NCBI GenBank assembly: GCA_965112155.1 | Contig: OZ218099.1 | Source: Podarcis liolepis | Taxonomy: Eukaryota | Strand: one strand, 5' to 3' | DNA length: 64,000 bases | In this document: positions 23,881 to 36,786 of the stretch, in pieces | How the letters are laid out: each line of letters opens with the position of its first letter | Position numbering within the stretch: the first letter of the stretch is position 1 | Made by a program: the position numbers and the translations under genes | Notes under the pieces: model-generated | Database searches by the model: none | Told to the model about the DNA's origin: nothing | Seen by the model: the letters and a program-made list of their open reading frames with translations, nothing else

Positions 23881-26054
23881 CTAGAGAATATCCAAAGCAA
23901 AACGTGTTTGTGAGAACTCAAAGATGTGACTCTCAATCCGGGCCCTGCTAAACTTGAGGAAACATTAACTTCAGTAAAGTCCAGGAAACTATAGAATAGC
24001 TATGATGGACCAAGACCAGGAAGACAGGACATGATAAAGGTGTATAAAGTCCTGCATGGTGTGGATAATATGGATAGGAAAAGTTTTCCTCCTTCCCAGT
24101 AGTAATACTAGAAGTTTGGACTTTAAGTGGGAATATAAACCCTTGTTTCCTAGGCCCCTGTCCAACTCTCTGATCACTACACCACACTGTCTCAGAACTA
24201 TAGATTCATTGGCATCCAATGGAGATCTCTAACATTGAGATAAGCCATGAGATACTCACATGAGGTAATAGAAGTTCGGATTCATGAGACAACTAAAAGC
24301 ATATTTTTATAATCAAAACAGCAACAACTATTTTAATATTTATACCGTACCCACAACAAGAGCTGTTTGAAGAATTGCTGTGTCGTCTGATATGTTCACC
24401 CACAACTTAACACATATACCCAGAACAAATTTAGTTGGTCTGTAAGGTGCTACTGGACATTTTTTTAAAATTATTTTTATTTATTTCATCTGTTTCAGAC
24501 CAACATGGCTACCTACCTGAATGCAGTAGTCCAAGTGGGAGATAACTAGAGCATGCACTACTCTGGCGAGATAGTCTGTGGGTATGTAGGGTCTCAGATG
24601 GCTTACCAGATGCAGCTCAATCCATTGGCCACCATACAGCCTTCAACCATCTCCAGATACTCACAGGACCTAGTTACTCACACAGGACCTGGTGACCTAG
24701 TTGCAGGAGTTTATTGGCCAGTGACGTTTATTGGCCAGAAACATATTTAGGTGACTTCCCGTGTCTGGACTTCTGGGTGCGATGATCTTAATTAGGGCTT
24801 TAAAGGTCAGGACCAACACTTTGAATTGTGCTCGGAAACATACTGGGAGCCAGTGAAGTTCCTTTAGAATCACTGTTATATGGACCTGGTGGAGATAACC
24901 AAAGCATGCACCATTCTGGTGAGACAGTTTGTGGACAGGTAGGGTCACAGCTGGCATACCATATGGAGCTGGTAGACAGAGTTAACCTGTGCTTCCATGG
25001 ACACCTGTGAGTCCAAAATGACTCACCTGCGCACCTGGTCCTTCAGGGGCACAGTTGCCCCATTCAAGACCATTCAAGATCAGGGGGTCCCCCATGCCCG
25101 CCCCCATCTCCCAAAAACAGTACCTCTGTCTTGTCAGGATTCAACTTCAGTCTGTTAGCCACCATCCACCATCCAGCCACCTCCAGATACTCACACATTA
25201 ACCTTAACTGGTTCCTCAAACTGATGAATACTCAGCCCAAACCACCTGATGATCTCCATATTCTTCTTCATGCTCAGCTATACATTAAGCTTGCTGGAGA
25301 GCCAGGCTGCTGGTGACCTAGTTGCAGGAGTGACGTTGGCCAGTGATGTTACCATGGATGAATGCAGATGTATCATTGTGACATCAGTGTATGATGTCAC
25401 AGACAGAATGAGCTTCAAACACCAGTAAAGTGAGAGACAGTTAACAGTCAGACCCAGGCTTAATGCTGTGGGTATTCGTGGCAGATGATGAGAAGGTAAA
25501 ACATGGGGGCTATGGTATCTTTTACCAAAGGTTACAGCCAGATCAAGCTCTTAAAAGATCTTGGTGCCCCCATGTGTATCTAATTCAGGAAATAAACACT
25601 AATAAACTGTAAAATAAAGATTGATTTTTCAAAATGAAGCAGAACCTACAGTAAGGTGGAAAATAACATTTATAGATCAGGGTAAATCCAGCAATGAAAA
25701 ATTTCTGAGGTGCCCCCCTTCCCTGGAGGCCCTGAGCACGTGCTTATTTTGCTTAATGCTTAATTCAGCCCTATTCTGGATTAGGGCTACTTGAGTTTGG
25801 GGCAGATTCTTGAAGAAGTGGAACCTTCTGAAGTGACTCTCATTAATTGCAAATGAGGTTTTCAGCTGTTGAGGTTCTATTGCTCTTTGAACCACAATTC
25901 AACATTTAAAGACAATATGGATTTACACAAGTGCAGGTCAGTGAAATGGACATCTTCAGTAACAAGTCCATCAGATTATAAAACAGATAGGACTTTAGGG
26001 CCGCTCCATCCTTATTATACATTCACTTTCATCATTCATTACCACTTCCTTTCA

Positions 26055-26886
26055 CAGAGGGCACGTAGCAGCACCCGTAGAAGTGACGAATGAGGATGTG
26101 GGAGAGACAAGGGTGGAAAGTCACTTGGGACTACGCCATTATCTAAGAGGCTGAGTTCTTTAGCCTCTCTCTGTAAAAATTGAAATAAAAAAGGACGGTA
26201 AGAAACCTTTCCTTTTCTTTATGCTTTCCTGGGCAACCACACAGAAGCTGCTGACAGCATCCTGACAAATTGTCCCGAGTCAACTTTAATCAGCGGTTAG
26301 GTCATAAATCATGACAGATGGCATAGCAGGAGCCACGGGGCAGCCAGCCAACACTGATAACCGAGAAGAACCATTTCAATGGCTTTTACAACAAAATTTA
26401 TTGTTAAGATCACATATAGAACAATTAACCAGCACAATAAATCAAAAAAATTTGCAGAATTTCAAGGATTTCTTGGGGTACCACTTCACACTTGAGGGGG
26501 TGCATATGGATCCTGCTAAGGTGCAGAGCGTAGTTTCGCGGCAGGAGCCCAAGACAAAGAAAGACCTGCAGAGGTTTTTAGCATTGGCCAAATATTTCCG
26601 CAAGTTCATATCAGCCTATTTGAGATTCACTACACCCCTCACGGATTGCTTGTAGGGCAAGAAGCCATTCCAGTTGACAGCTGAGGTGCATCAGGCATTT
26701 GAGCATCTCAAAACCTTGTTCTCCTCAGAGGTGTACCTAGCTCATGCAGACCCCCACAGGGTGTTGGTCAAATAAACAGACGCCTTTGACAGAGCGGTTG
26801 GTGCTGTGGTGTTAAAGGAAGATGAAGATGACCAAAGTCTCTATACTTTCCTGGGCAACCAGCTGTAAATTAACAGCATCCTGACA
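26055..26886 (+). mobile_element. Ty3/Gypsy remnant downstream of V2R-C
   Basis: Same structure as 1-787; ORF 26311-26655. Confidence 0.85.
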
Positions 26887-26955
26887 GCAGTGTTTGGTCC
26901 ACGTTAACAACATTGTATTTTATGGGAAGCCAATAATCTTCAAAGAAGCTAAGAA

Positions 26956-27869
26956 TTAGAAATTACCATCTTCACATTTTGTAGTTAGATGTGCCTTTGT
27001 GTTCAGATCAGGCCTGAGGATGATAATGTAGCACTTGGGAAGGAAGATGCAGCCCAGAAGCCCAGCACTGGAGGCCAACATAGAGAAGACCTGCACAGCT
27101 ACCATGAACTTCCCTTTTGTGCTCAGGTAGGTGGGAACAAAAGACACCCAAACACTGCAGAAGACTAGCATGCTGAAGGTGATCAGCTTGGCTTCATTGA
27201 AGGGCCCTGGAAGCTTTCTGGCTAGGAAAGCCACAGTGAAGCAGATGGCAGCCAGGAAGCCCATGTAGCCAAGGACAGTGTATAACATGGCAACAGATCC
27301 CTCATTGCATAGAAGGATGATCTCTCTAGCTTGGGAGTGCATGTCGGAGTCTGGGAAGGGTGGGGAGATTCCCAGCCAGATGGTGCAGATGACAACCTGC
27401 ATACTGGAACAGGAAAGGACAATGGAGTTGGCCAGACTCTTCCCCAGCCATCTCCTCACCTTGTTCCCTGGCTTTGTGGCCAGGAAGGCCAGCACCACAG
27501 TGATGGTTTTTGCCAAAACAGAAGAGACAGCAACTGAGAAGATGATGCTGAAGGCTGTTTGTCGGAGAAGACAGGTTGCTCTTCTTGGCCGGCCGATGAA
27601 CAGGAAGGAGGACAAAAAGGAAAGCAGGAGGGAGCTGAGGAGGATATAGGATAAGTCCCGATTGTTAGCTTTGACTATGGGAGTTTCCTTGTATTTAATG
27701 AAGATTCCTAGGACAACATTAGTGGTTAAGGCCAAGAAGAGGGCAAAGGAAACCAGCACAATCCCCAAGGGTTCTTCATAAGTGAGAAATGTTATAGTCT
27801 TGGGGACACATTTGTCTCTTGCTTGATTTGCATGATGATCTTCTGGGCATCTGGTGCAAATCTTTGCAT
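26956..27869 (-). CDS. V2R: V2R-C exon 6 (7TM)
   Basis: 914 bp open to TAA. Confidence 0.92.
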
Positions 27870-30800
27870 CTGAAGAGAAGAAGAAGGACTTCAGAATTAC
27901 TAACAAAATTCTTACATCCATACCTGTTTGTTTTCTGACAGAGGTTGCCATGGTGATGGGGTGTGCGTTTGAGGTGTCAGGAAAATACAGTCTTTAGCAA
28001 GGTGTGCTGGGAAGAAAAAGGTAGAGAACCAGGAGGTGCCCATTTTGTTTAAATATATATTTATTAAAGTTTTACATAAGATAAACAGAATAACATAGAG
28101 ACAGAGAATAAACAGCATAAAGCAAAAAAACAAAGAGAGAGAAAAAAAGAAAAGAAAAGAAAACATCATACGTTCCATAACTTAATTCCATTCACATGTT
28201 TCTTGGACTTCCTCACACCTCCCTCTTTTGTATTCCCAATCCAGAATTCTATTCAACAAATTATTCCCTTTTTTCACTTATCTTAACCTCATATTGCAAC
28301 ATTATCTATTTTTCATAGTTTCTTCTTTAACAGATCACTTAAACCTATTCATAATGCTTTTGTTACCAAATACCATTTAGGTTCAATTCAACATCATTTT
28401 AACATTCATTAATTTTACAATATTTCTGTAAGTAGTCTTTAAATTTCTTCCAATCTTCTTCCACCGACTCTTTTCCCTGGTCTCGGATTCTGCCAGTCAT
28501 TTCCTCCAGTTCCATGTAGTCCATCACCTTCATCTGCCACTCTTCCAGGGTGGGTAGATCTTGTGTCTTCCAATACTTTGCGATGAGTATTCTTGCTGCT
28601 GTTGTTGCATACATAAAAAAGGTTCTATCCTTCTTTGGCACCAATTGGCCGACTAAGCCCAGGAGAAAGGCCTCTGGTTTCTTCAGGAAGGTATATTTAA
28701 ATACCCTTTTCATTTCATTATATATCGTCTCCCAGAAAGCCTTAATCCTTGGGCATGTCCACTGAAGGTGAAAGAATGTACCTTCAGTCTCTTTGCATTT
28801 CCAACATTTATTATCGGGGAAATGATAAATTTTTGCAAGCTTGACTGGTGTCATGTACCACCTGTACATCATTTTCATAATATTCTCTCTTAGGGCATTA
28901 CATGCCGTAAATTTCATACCTGTGGTACATAACTGTTCCCAGTCAGCTGGCATAATGTTATATCCAAGGTCTTGTGCCCATTTGTTCATAGCCGGTTTTG
29001 CTGTTTCCTCATGAGAATTCCATTTCAACAGCAAGTTATACATTCTAGACAGTATCTTTGTTTTAGGATCCAACAGTTCTGTCTCCAATTTTGACTTTTC
29101 CACCTGGAAGCTGCTATGGTAAACAAGTCCCCCTTGATCATGTGCTAAGATCTGGACTTCTTCCATGCAGACTGAAGGTGTAAATATGCAAATAAATCAT
29201 GTTTCTTAAAGCTACAGCAGTCTCCCCTGAGTCTTCAATTTTCCAAAAGAGCACGAATCCTGGGTGATCCCTGGAACCCCCTGAAATCTTGCCTCTCCCT
29301 TTCTTCTGGAGTCACCCACCTTCCTGAACGGAGATTGTCCCTTCCGCACAAGGAGGACAATCATAGCAGCAAACGGGCTCTCCTTCTTTAGCTACTCTGG
29401 CGTATCCAGGGCGACAGCTTTCGGTGCATCTTGAACGAGGCACGACCTAAAAAGAAGGAGAAAGAGCACCAAAAGGATATCAGCATAAATTACAGACATC
29501 ATCTGAAGGCCCTGACTGAAAAAAATGCTCAAATAAATATCATTTTTAGAATACTGAGACCAGGTTAGAAAGCTTTAAAATGGGAGTGAGACTCTTCCAG
29601 ATTTGGTAGAACTGTGGAGATCATTTTCTTTCTGAGATAAAGTTTCATTTTTAATTGTTGAACGCAAATGTTGTTGAACACAAAGGATTAAACAAACTAT
29701 GGCCTTTTAAACTGCATTTGAGATTTATTGTTCTTTTTTGTCACTGGGAAAAGGTTGCCATATTCTGGACAAAGTTGTTGAGCTTTATTTTCCCCCTTTG
29801 TAAATGTTTTGGGCTTTTCTTTGAATTTTCAATCATTTTTTAAAAGATCACTCTGCTTGCCATACGTTTGGGTTTTCCAGGACATGTTGCTGTTTCAGCA
29901 AAAAGCTGTGTCTGGGTGCCATTTCGGCAGCCAATTCCCAGATGTGTCCAAGACATCCCGGAGGAATGGCAGCCATACACTATGGTGCGTATTGTTGTGC
30001 TTTTATAAGCAGTCACCATTATTGGGCAGCTGATGAAGCCCACATGGCACCTAGGGCCACACTGCCAATTTTGGCCCATTGATGTCCTTGTTCATCCACT
30101 CAGAGGGATAGATGAAAATGCAAGTGTAAGAGCAGCCTCTCCACTCTTTGCCCTACTCCATCTGATTTGCTATGCAAAACAGAAAGGGAAAAACAGAGAG
30201 GGAAAACAGCAGCTGTGTACACAACCAGGAGTGGGTCTCACTCTGCACAACGCCCACTTAGGGTTAAACTGAAAATGGCCCCTATCAGCATATTATCAGA
30301 ACTTAACAGATGTCACAGCAAGGGAACCAGAGCCAGTTGTGCCATAGTGGTCAGAGAGTTGGGAGGGAACCCAGGAGACTAAGGTTCAATTCCCAGGTAG
30401 CCATGAAGCTCCATAGAGAAAAGGAGGGATATAAGTGCAACAAGTAAACAGATAAATGAATGAATGCAATGACCTTGCTGAAGTTCCCAGGCCACACAAT
30501 GCCTTCCGGTGTAATGGAGAATTTTATGCTGGAGGATGCCTGTCCCTCGATGCTCCCAACTTTCTTTCTGCTCTGAGATCTATTGGGAAACACAACCCAG
30601 TTCACGATATCAAAGTTGGCAGTCAGCTCCCCATTCTGATCAGAATACATCCCTCCTATGGATGAATTCGAAATCCAAATTTCTTTCAAGAAAGTATGAA
30701 GCTAGATTGGCAGAGAAAACACCAGCATTTAGAAAACATGATATCTGGATTGTGTGAGAAAACAGCAGGCTTGTGTGCAAACTCCATAAGAGATTATGGA

Positions 30801-33800
30801 GTAAATTATGTTTAAACAAAATAACTGCAGGATATTTCTGGGTATATGATTGAGCAAAGCTTATATCCAATGACGTTGGATATTTTGTGGGGCGTAGTCT
30901 TGTTTTTCTTGGATAATTGAGTAAGGTTCCAGACATCTTACCAGTTTTGAGAGAATGGTCCTAAATCAAGGACACTGAGGCCTCGTGTCAGCTAAAGATA
31001 ACAACCTTTTGGTCATTACAACTGGTCCTTTATCAGGTTATAAATTCACAGGAAATATGGCTCAAATAAACGCAAATAGAGGACACATCCTAGCAAGCAT
31101 TTGGCAACAAGCCTTTTAACTGGCTTTAACCGATCCTATTGTGTTTTCAACATTCTGTGTTTTAAATAAGGCTTTTCTTTAGTGATTTTTATTTTATTTT
31201 AACGTTTTTGTAAAGTGCTTTGAGGGTTTCTTCAAGAGTCAAGCAATATATAAATGTTATGAACTAAATATAGTAATTAATTAATTAAGCTTAACAATTT
31301 TTCATAGCTTATTTTGTGCTTTGAAAGATTTCCCCCTAACTTTCCCAAATTATCCATTTTTTAAAAATTATCTATTTCAAAGTATATTAGAACCACAAAA
31401 ATAGATGAACAATTAAAAAGAAAAACTTATTAACATGTCCTACTAAAGATAAGGCGTAGGAAACCGAAACATATTTAACAATAACAATGAGGTAAACTAC
31501 AAAGAATATACAATCTGAAACGCATTCCAGAGGGTATTTGCAAAAAAGCAGAGAGGACAGACCTGCCATGGCTGCAACCTTTGAAGTTCCAATCTGTTTC
31601 CTCCACTCGCCATTAACCTCCATTTGGATCTGGATGAATATGCGACATTCAAGGCTTGGGCCACAAACTGGACGCCATAGTAAGTTCTGTAGCGGTCTTG
31701 AGACCAGATTGCCCCCATCTCCTCCTGGGACAAAGTTTCCAGTGGTTCCTTTTCTGTGCATCTTGTCCAACCCTCCACGGACAGTACTGTGTTTGAACAT
31801 GTACAACTGAATGCTCTTGACCAAAACTCTGCAGCTGCAGCTCTAGCTTCAAATGAAAGTCGAGTACAGTAGCCATGTTCTGTCCGTTTTTCGGTATTCA
31901 TTACAAAGGACAAAGAACCTTGGGCAGGCTGGAAGTAATCTGTGCCACCAAACAACATCTCATCAATGTCCAGAAGATCTGTTGTGATCCAGACTATCCC
32001 CTGAGATTTCCTCACTTCATTAATTCTTTGCAACATCATGATTGGATAAATTCTGTGCTCAGAGTCCCCATAATAAACAAACACCTTGACTTGTCTCAAG
32101 GCAGATACATTAAAATGCAAGTATGAGAGTTCCAGAAGATTAATTTTTTCCAAGAAAGCAACACAAATCTCACTCCGGATCAGCAGAAGGGTGAAGGCTC
32201 TTAGGAACCTTTCTCCATTGTCATTGTCTGGAACAAAGAGACCGATCCACATCCACCCGAAATGGAGCAACAACTTGACAATCCCCATGTACTGTGTTTC
32301 TTCTTTGGGGACTATCCGGTAGATAAAAGGGAACTGGGTTTTGTCATTCAGATCATGAGCAGCTGAGCCAAAACTGATCTAGTAAGAAAAGGATTGGTGT
32401 CAGGGTTTCAGGAATACACAAGGAAGGCCTCATTGCATGATCAGGCCAAAGGCCCATCTTCTCACAGTAGCTAACCAGAGGCTTATGGGATGCATGCCAT
32501 GCCTCTGATGGAGGAATCCTGTTCAGTGGAGGACCTGGAGCTTACAGAGAAGGAAGTGGCTCCAATGGACACTGAGACAGACCAGGGCATCTGGGGCCCT
32601 CAGGGGTCATGGCACATCAACCTCTTCCTAGAGTCACAATGCAAAGAATGAGAGGCAGATGCTAAACAGCAATGCTTTTTTTCTAAAAAATATGTTTAGT
32701 GGTACTCTCGCTTCCATCATATACTCAGTCTGGAGGAGTGCAAGTACTTAAACCTCTGTGTTCATTTAGCTGCCAGACAGCCACTGGTCTTCCTGAGAAA
32801 CAAGAACTCCTTAGCAGCCAGGGGCTACTGTCAACTACATCTTCCAATTGACAGTCTGGGGAAGGAGACAGAAAGAGGCTGAGGGTTTTCTAAATTGCTT
32901 TTCACATTCTTAAAATGTGATTCCCCGCCCCCTCTGGTCTCTTTGTTTAGAAACTTCTGGGGGCATGAAGGGGTTCCTCACCACTGTTGGAGAGACAGCA
33001 AAGAGGAATGAAACACAATTGATCTCTTCCCTTCTGATTCCTACCTGGGGCATTTTGTAGATGCCCAACATGCTTGAAATAAGGTGGGGGATTTCAGAAG
33101 AAGTTGCTTCAAAAACAGCCAACACATTATTCTGTTTTCCACAGCTGTAGTTTGGAATATTGTCTAGCATGGCATCAGCAGTTGTCCTGACATCAAAAGC
33201 GGCCTCATAGATGCTATAGCCCAGGGTGACATTGGCTAAATGCTTAAGATACCGGGTGATCTCCTGGGTTGCAAACAAGATGGACAGGACGGGTGAGGTG
33301 TCCTTTGCTGACCAACTGAAATAAATGAATAAACAAATAATAGTTTTAGCTTCCATTCTCCATTAAATGAAAACAACTCCTTGCTCTATACAAGTTATAT
33401 CTAACGGGAAAATCTGCAGCTAGGAAGGAGCAGAATCTTGCCCAGATCCACCAACAAAGAAAGGAGTAGCATTTAGGAGAGCTTGAGCTGGGGTGAATTA
33501 GATTGAAATACTCATTTAGAGTTCCTTAAGTTGGGAAAAACTATTTACAGGATGAGAAGATATGAAAGAGAGAAATGCCCTATCTTGGGTTACTCACCTT
33601 AACTTCTATGTCTGGTGGAACACATAGTAAGGTTCCTATACTGATTTGAGCGTTCCAGCGAGTCTGAAGTGAAGGAGGTGGTCAGCTTACATTCTGATTT
33701 TTACACTTTCTTCGATCCCCAAATGTAAGATTAGCATGATGCAATCCAAATACACCCAACACCAAATGAGAAATTTAAGTTAGACAGTTCTGTTGGGAAC

Positions 33801-34430
33801 AAGGGAAGCTCTGCAAAGGCATATAATTATTGACCAGGAAGAAACACCCTTTTTGCATCAAAATATATTAAAAAGCCAAATTTTCCTTTAATGTGTTATC
33901 TTTATATAGAGCAGTTCAGAAAGAGCTTCCCAGGAAGAAGGACATGAGATGATCAATTGTGCTTTAGATGCTGCCCTTGTATTAAGGAAACTGTAGCCGA
34001 AAAAAGGGAAAGGATTCAGAATTAAACTCTCTTTTTGCAGGATATTAAGGGGTCACTGGGTACTTCAATGCTGACTTTCAATCCCCAAATCTAATTCGAA
34101 AGGCAATAGGGGGGCAATGGAGAGAGAAAGTTTAATTAGGGATGGGCAGAAATTAGATGCTGCCTCTGGAAAACAGCAATAAATGTGAATGCAGACTGGG
34201 TAACATAAAGTCACTTACGTCTTAACAGTGTTTTCCGGATGCCGGAAAAAGTTGAATGGGTAAGTTCTATAAGATGCTGGAAATATGACCTGACTAATGA
34301 GGTGGTCTCCTGGCCTGTAATAATTCAACGGATCAGATTCCGTATATAGGTTCAATGGGCATTTTGCTTTCAGCATCCTACTGGCTCCATAGGGCATAAG
34401 CAGCACAAATAGCAGCAGCATAAATATCAT
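26956..34430 (-). CDS. V2R: V2R gene C, intact (855 aa)
   Basis: Exons 34430-34219, 33315-33045, 32378-31563, 30701-30474, 29446-29320, 27869-26956; all GT-AG, phases consistent, no internal stops seen. Confidence 0.93.
28047..29110 (-). mobile_element. Same L1 insertion, paralogous copy in V2R-C intron 5
   Basis: ORF 28399-29166 with CWKC...FFHLQWTCP; same junctions as in A. Confidence 0.85.
29320..29446 (-). CDS. V2R: V2R-C exon 5
   Basis: CCYDCPPC, 127 bp. Confidence 0.9.
30474..30701 (-). CDS. V2R: V2R-C exon 4
   Basis: 228 bp open. Confidence 0.9.
31563..32378 (-). CDS. V2R: V2R-C exon 3
   Basis: 816 bp open. Confidence 0.9.
33045..33315 (-). CDS. V2R: V2R-C exon 2
   Basis: 271 bp, AG/GT. 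Confidence 0.9.
34219..34430 (-). CDS. V2R: V2R-C exon 1
   Basis: Protein-identical to A exon 1; donor gtaagt. Confidence 0.85.
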
Positions 34431-35241
34431 CCTGACTATGCCTGCAAGAGTCGTACACTCTTATGAAAGAAGTAACATTAGAAGCACAGCTGGATTCCTA
34501 CAGTAGCTTCAGAAGCAAAGGTAGAAAAAGGAAACCTCCCACCGAAATGAGCACTGCCTGCCTCAAATCTCCCAGGTCCGGCTTCTGATATTTATGACCC
34601 AGTCCTTCTTGCAGGCTTGTGACAATAAGTTATTTGATTCTGCCTGTGATTCTGATGCTTATGTGATTTGTGGACTCCAAGGCCATCGTTGGGGAAATCC
34701 CTGGACTAGATAAACAAATCACCATGATTTTGATAATTATAAGGTTAAGAAGGTCCACCTCCTCTGCAACTCCCTGGAATCGGTGTGTGACTCAATGGGC
34801 AGCTGCAGAGCCAGAGCAAAACATGTTTGTGAGAACTCAAAGATGGGACTCTCAATCTGGGCTCTTCTAAACTTGAGGAAACATTGACCAGTAAAGTCCA
34901 AGAAACTATAGAATAGCTATGATGGACCAAGGCGGGACATGATAGAGGTTTATAAGCATGCTGTGGGTAATATGGATAGGAAAAAGTTTTCTTCCTTCCC
35001 AGTAATAATACTAGAAGTTTGGACTTTAAGCGGGAATTTAAACCCTTGTGTCCTAGGCCCCTGTCCAACTCCCTGATCACTACACCACACTGCCTCAGAA
35101 CTATAGATTCATTGGCATCCAATGGAGGTCTCTAACACAGAGATAAGCCATGAGATACTCACATGAGATATTAGAAGTTAGTGCTGAGTGGTCAATTGGC
35201 TTTATACAGTAGCAATAATATCTGCCCTTGGCTTAGTAATA

Positions 35242-35456
35242 CAGTGGTACCTCGGATTACAGACGCTTCAGGTTACAGACTCCGCTAACCCAGAAATAGT
35301 ACCTCGGGTTAAGAACTTTGCTTCAGGATGAGAACAGAAATTGCGCAGTGGCAGCAGGAGGCCCCATTAGCTAAAGTGGTACCTCAGGTTAAGAACAGTT
35401 TCAGGTTAAGAAAGGACCTCCAGAATGAATTAAGTTCTTAACCTGAGGTACCACTG
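35242..35456. mobile_element. Tc1/mariner MITE upstream of V2R-C
   Basis: Paralogous to 9355-9569. Confidence 0.9.
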
Positions 35457-36786
35457 TATATTAGCAGCCGACTAGAGATTCAATTCAATTTGGCTTCCAA
35501 TGAAGCTGAATGTTGGAAGAGTCAGGAGAGAGAAATCTCTTATAGACCTTGAAGATTGCTCCTTCCCTGGAAGAATTTCAATCATACATAGTTGGGCTGA
35601 GGAAGGCTATTAACATCAGTGTTATCTATGGTGTCCAGTATGTAACAATCCATTATACATTCAAGGACAGTGTGTTTTACTGCAGGTGTTAGTGGAGTTT
35701 GGGGCAGATTCTTGAAGATGTGGAACCTTCTGAAGTGACTCTCACTGCTTGCAAATGAGGCCTTCAGCTGTTGAGGTTCTATTGCTCTTTGAACCACTGG
35801 GGAAATTGCTTTTTGTAAGAACTCACTGATGGGCCTGTCAATCTGTGTATGGGTAAAAGTTTCCTGTAATGCCAACAGTGCAATCCTAGCATCTCTACTC
35901 AGAATTCCCATTCAGTTTAGTGGGTCATCCTCACACTGTCTTTGCATGCTAGGAGAAGCTTTCCCAATGGTATTTCTGCTTCTGGAGCACATTAAGAGCT
36001 AATCAGATTATAGACCCACTAGAGGTGTAAAATAAATGAAACAGCACCATTGTGCTTTCATTGATTTTTTAAAAACTAAAAGCATATTTTATAATCAAAA
36101 CAGCAACAACTATTTTAATACCCACAACAAGAGCTGTTTGAAGAATCGCTGTGTCGTCTGATATGTTCACCCACAACTTAACACACGAAAGCTTATACCC
36201 AGAACAAACTTAGTTGGTCTCTAAGGTACTACTGGACATTTAAAAAAAAATATTTATTTCAGCTGCTTCAGACCAACATGGCTACCTACCGGAATGCAGT
36301 AGTCCAAGTGGGAGATAACTAGAGCATGCACTACTCTGGCAAGACAGTCTGTGGGTATGTAGGGTCTCAGATGGCCTACCAGATGGAGCTCAATCTGTTG
36401 GCCACCATACATCCTCCAACCATCTCCAGATACTACACAGGACCTTCACCCCCTTCACTGGCTCCGACTTAAAAGAGAGGTATAGTTGTGTATCGTCCGC
36501 ACACTGGTAAACACTCAGCCCAACCCCCCTGATGATCTCCATATTCTTCTTCATGCTCAGGCTATGAACTAAAACATTAGGTTTGCTGGAGAGCCAGACT
36601 GCTGGTGACCTAGTTGCAGGAGTTTATTGGCCAGTGACGTTACCATGGATGAATGCAGATGTATCATTGTGACATCAGTGTATGATGTCACAGACAGAAT
36701 GAGCTTCAAACCCCAGCAAAGTGAGAGACAGTTAACAGTCAGACCCAGGCTTAATGCTGTGGGTATTTGTGGCAGATGATGAAAAG

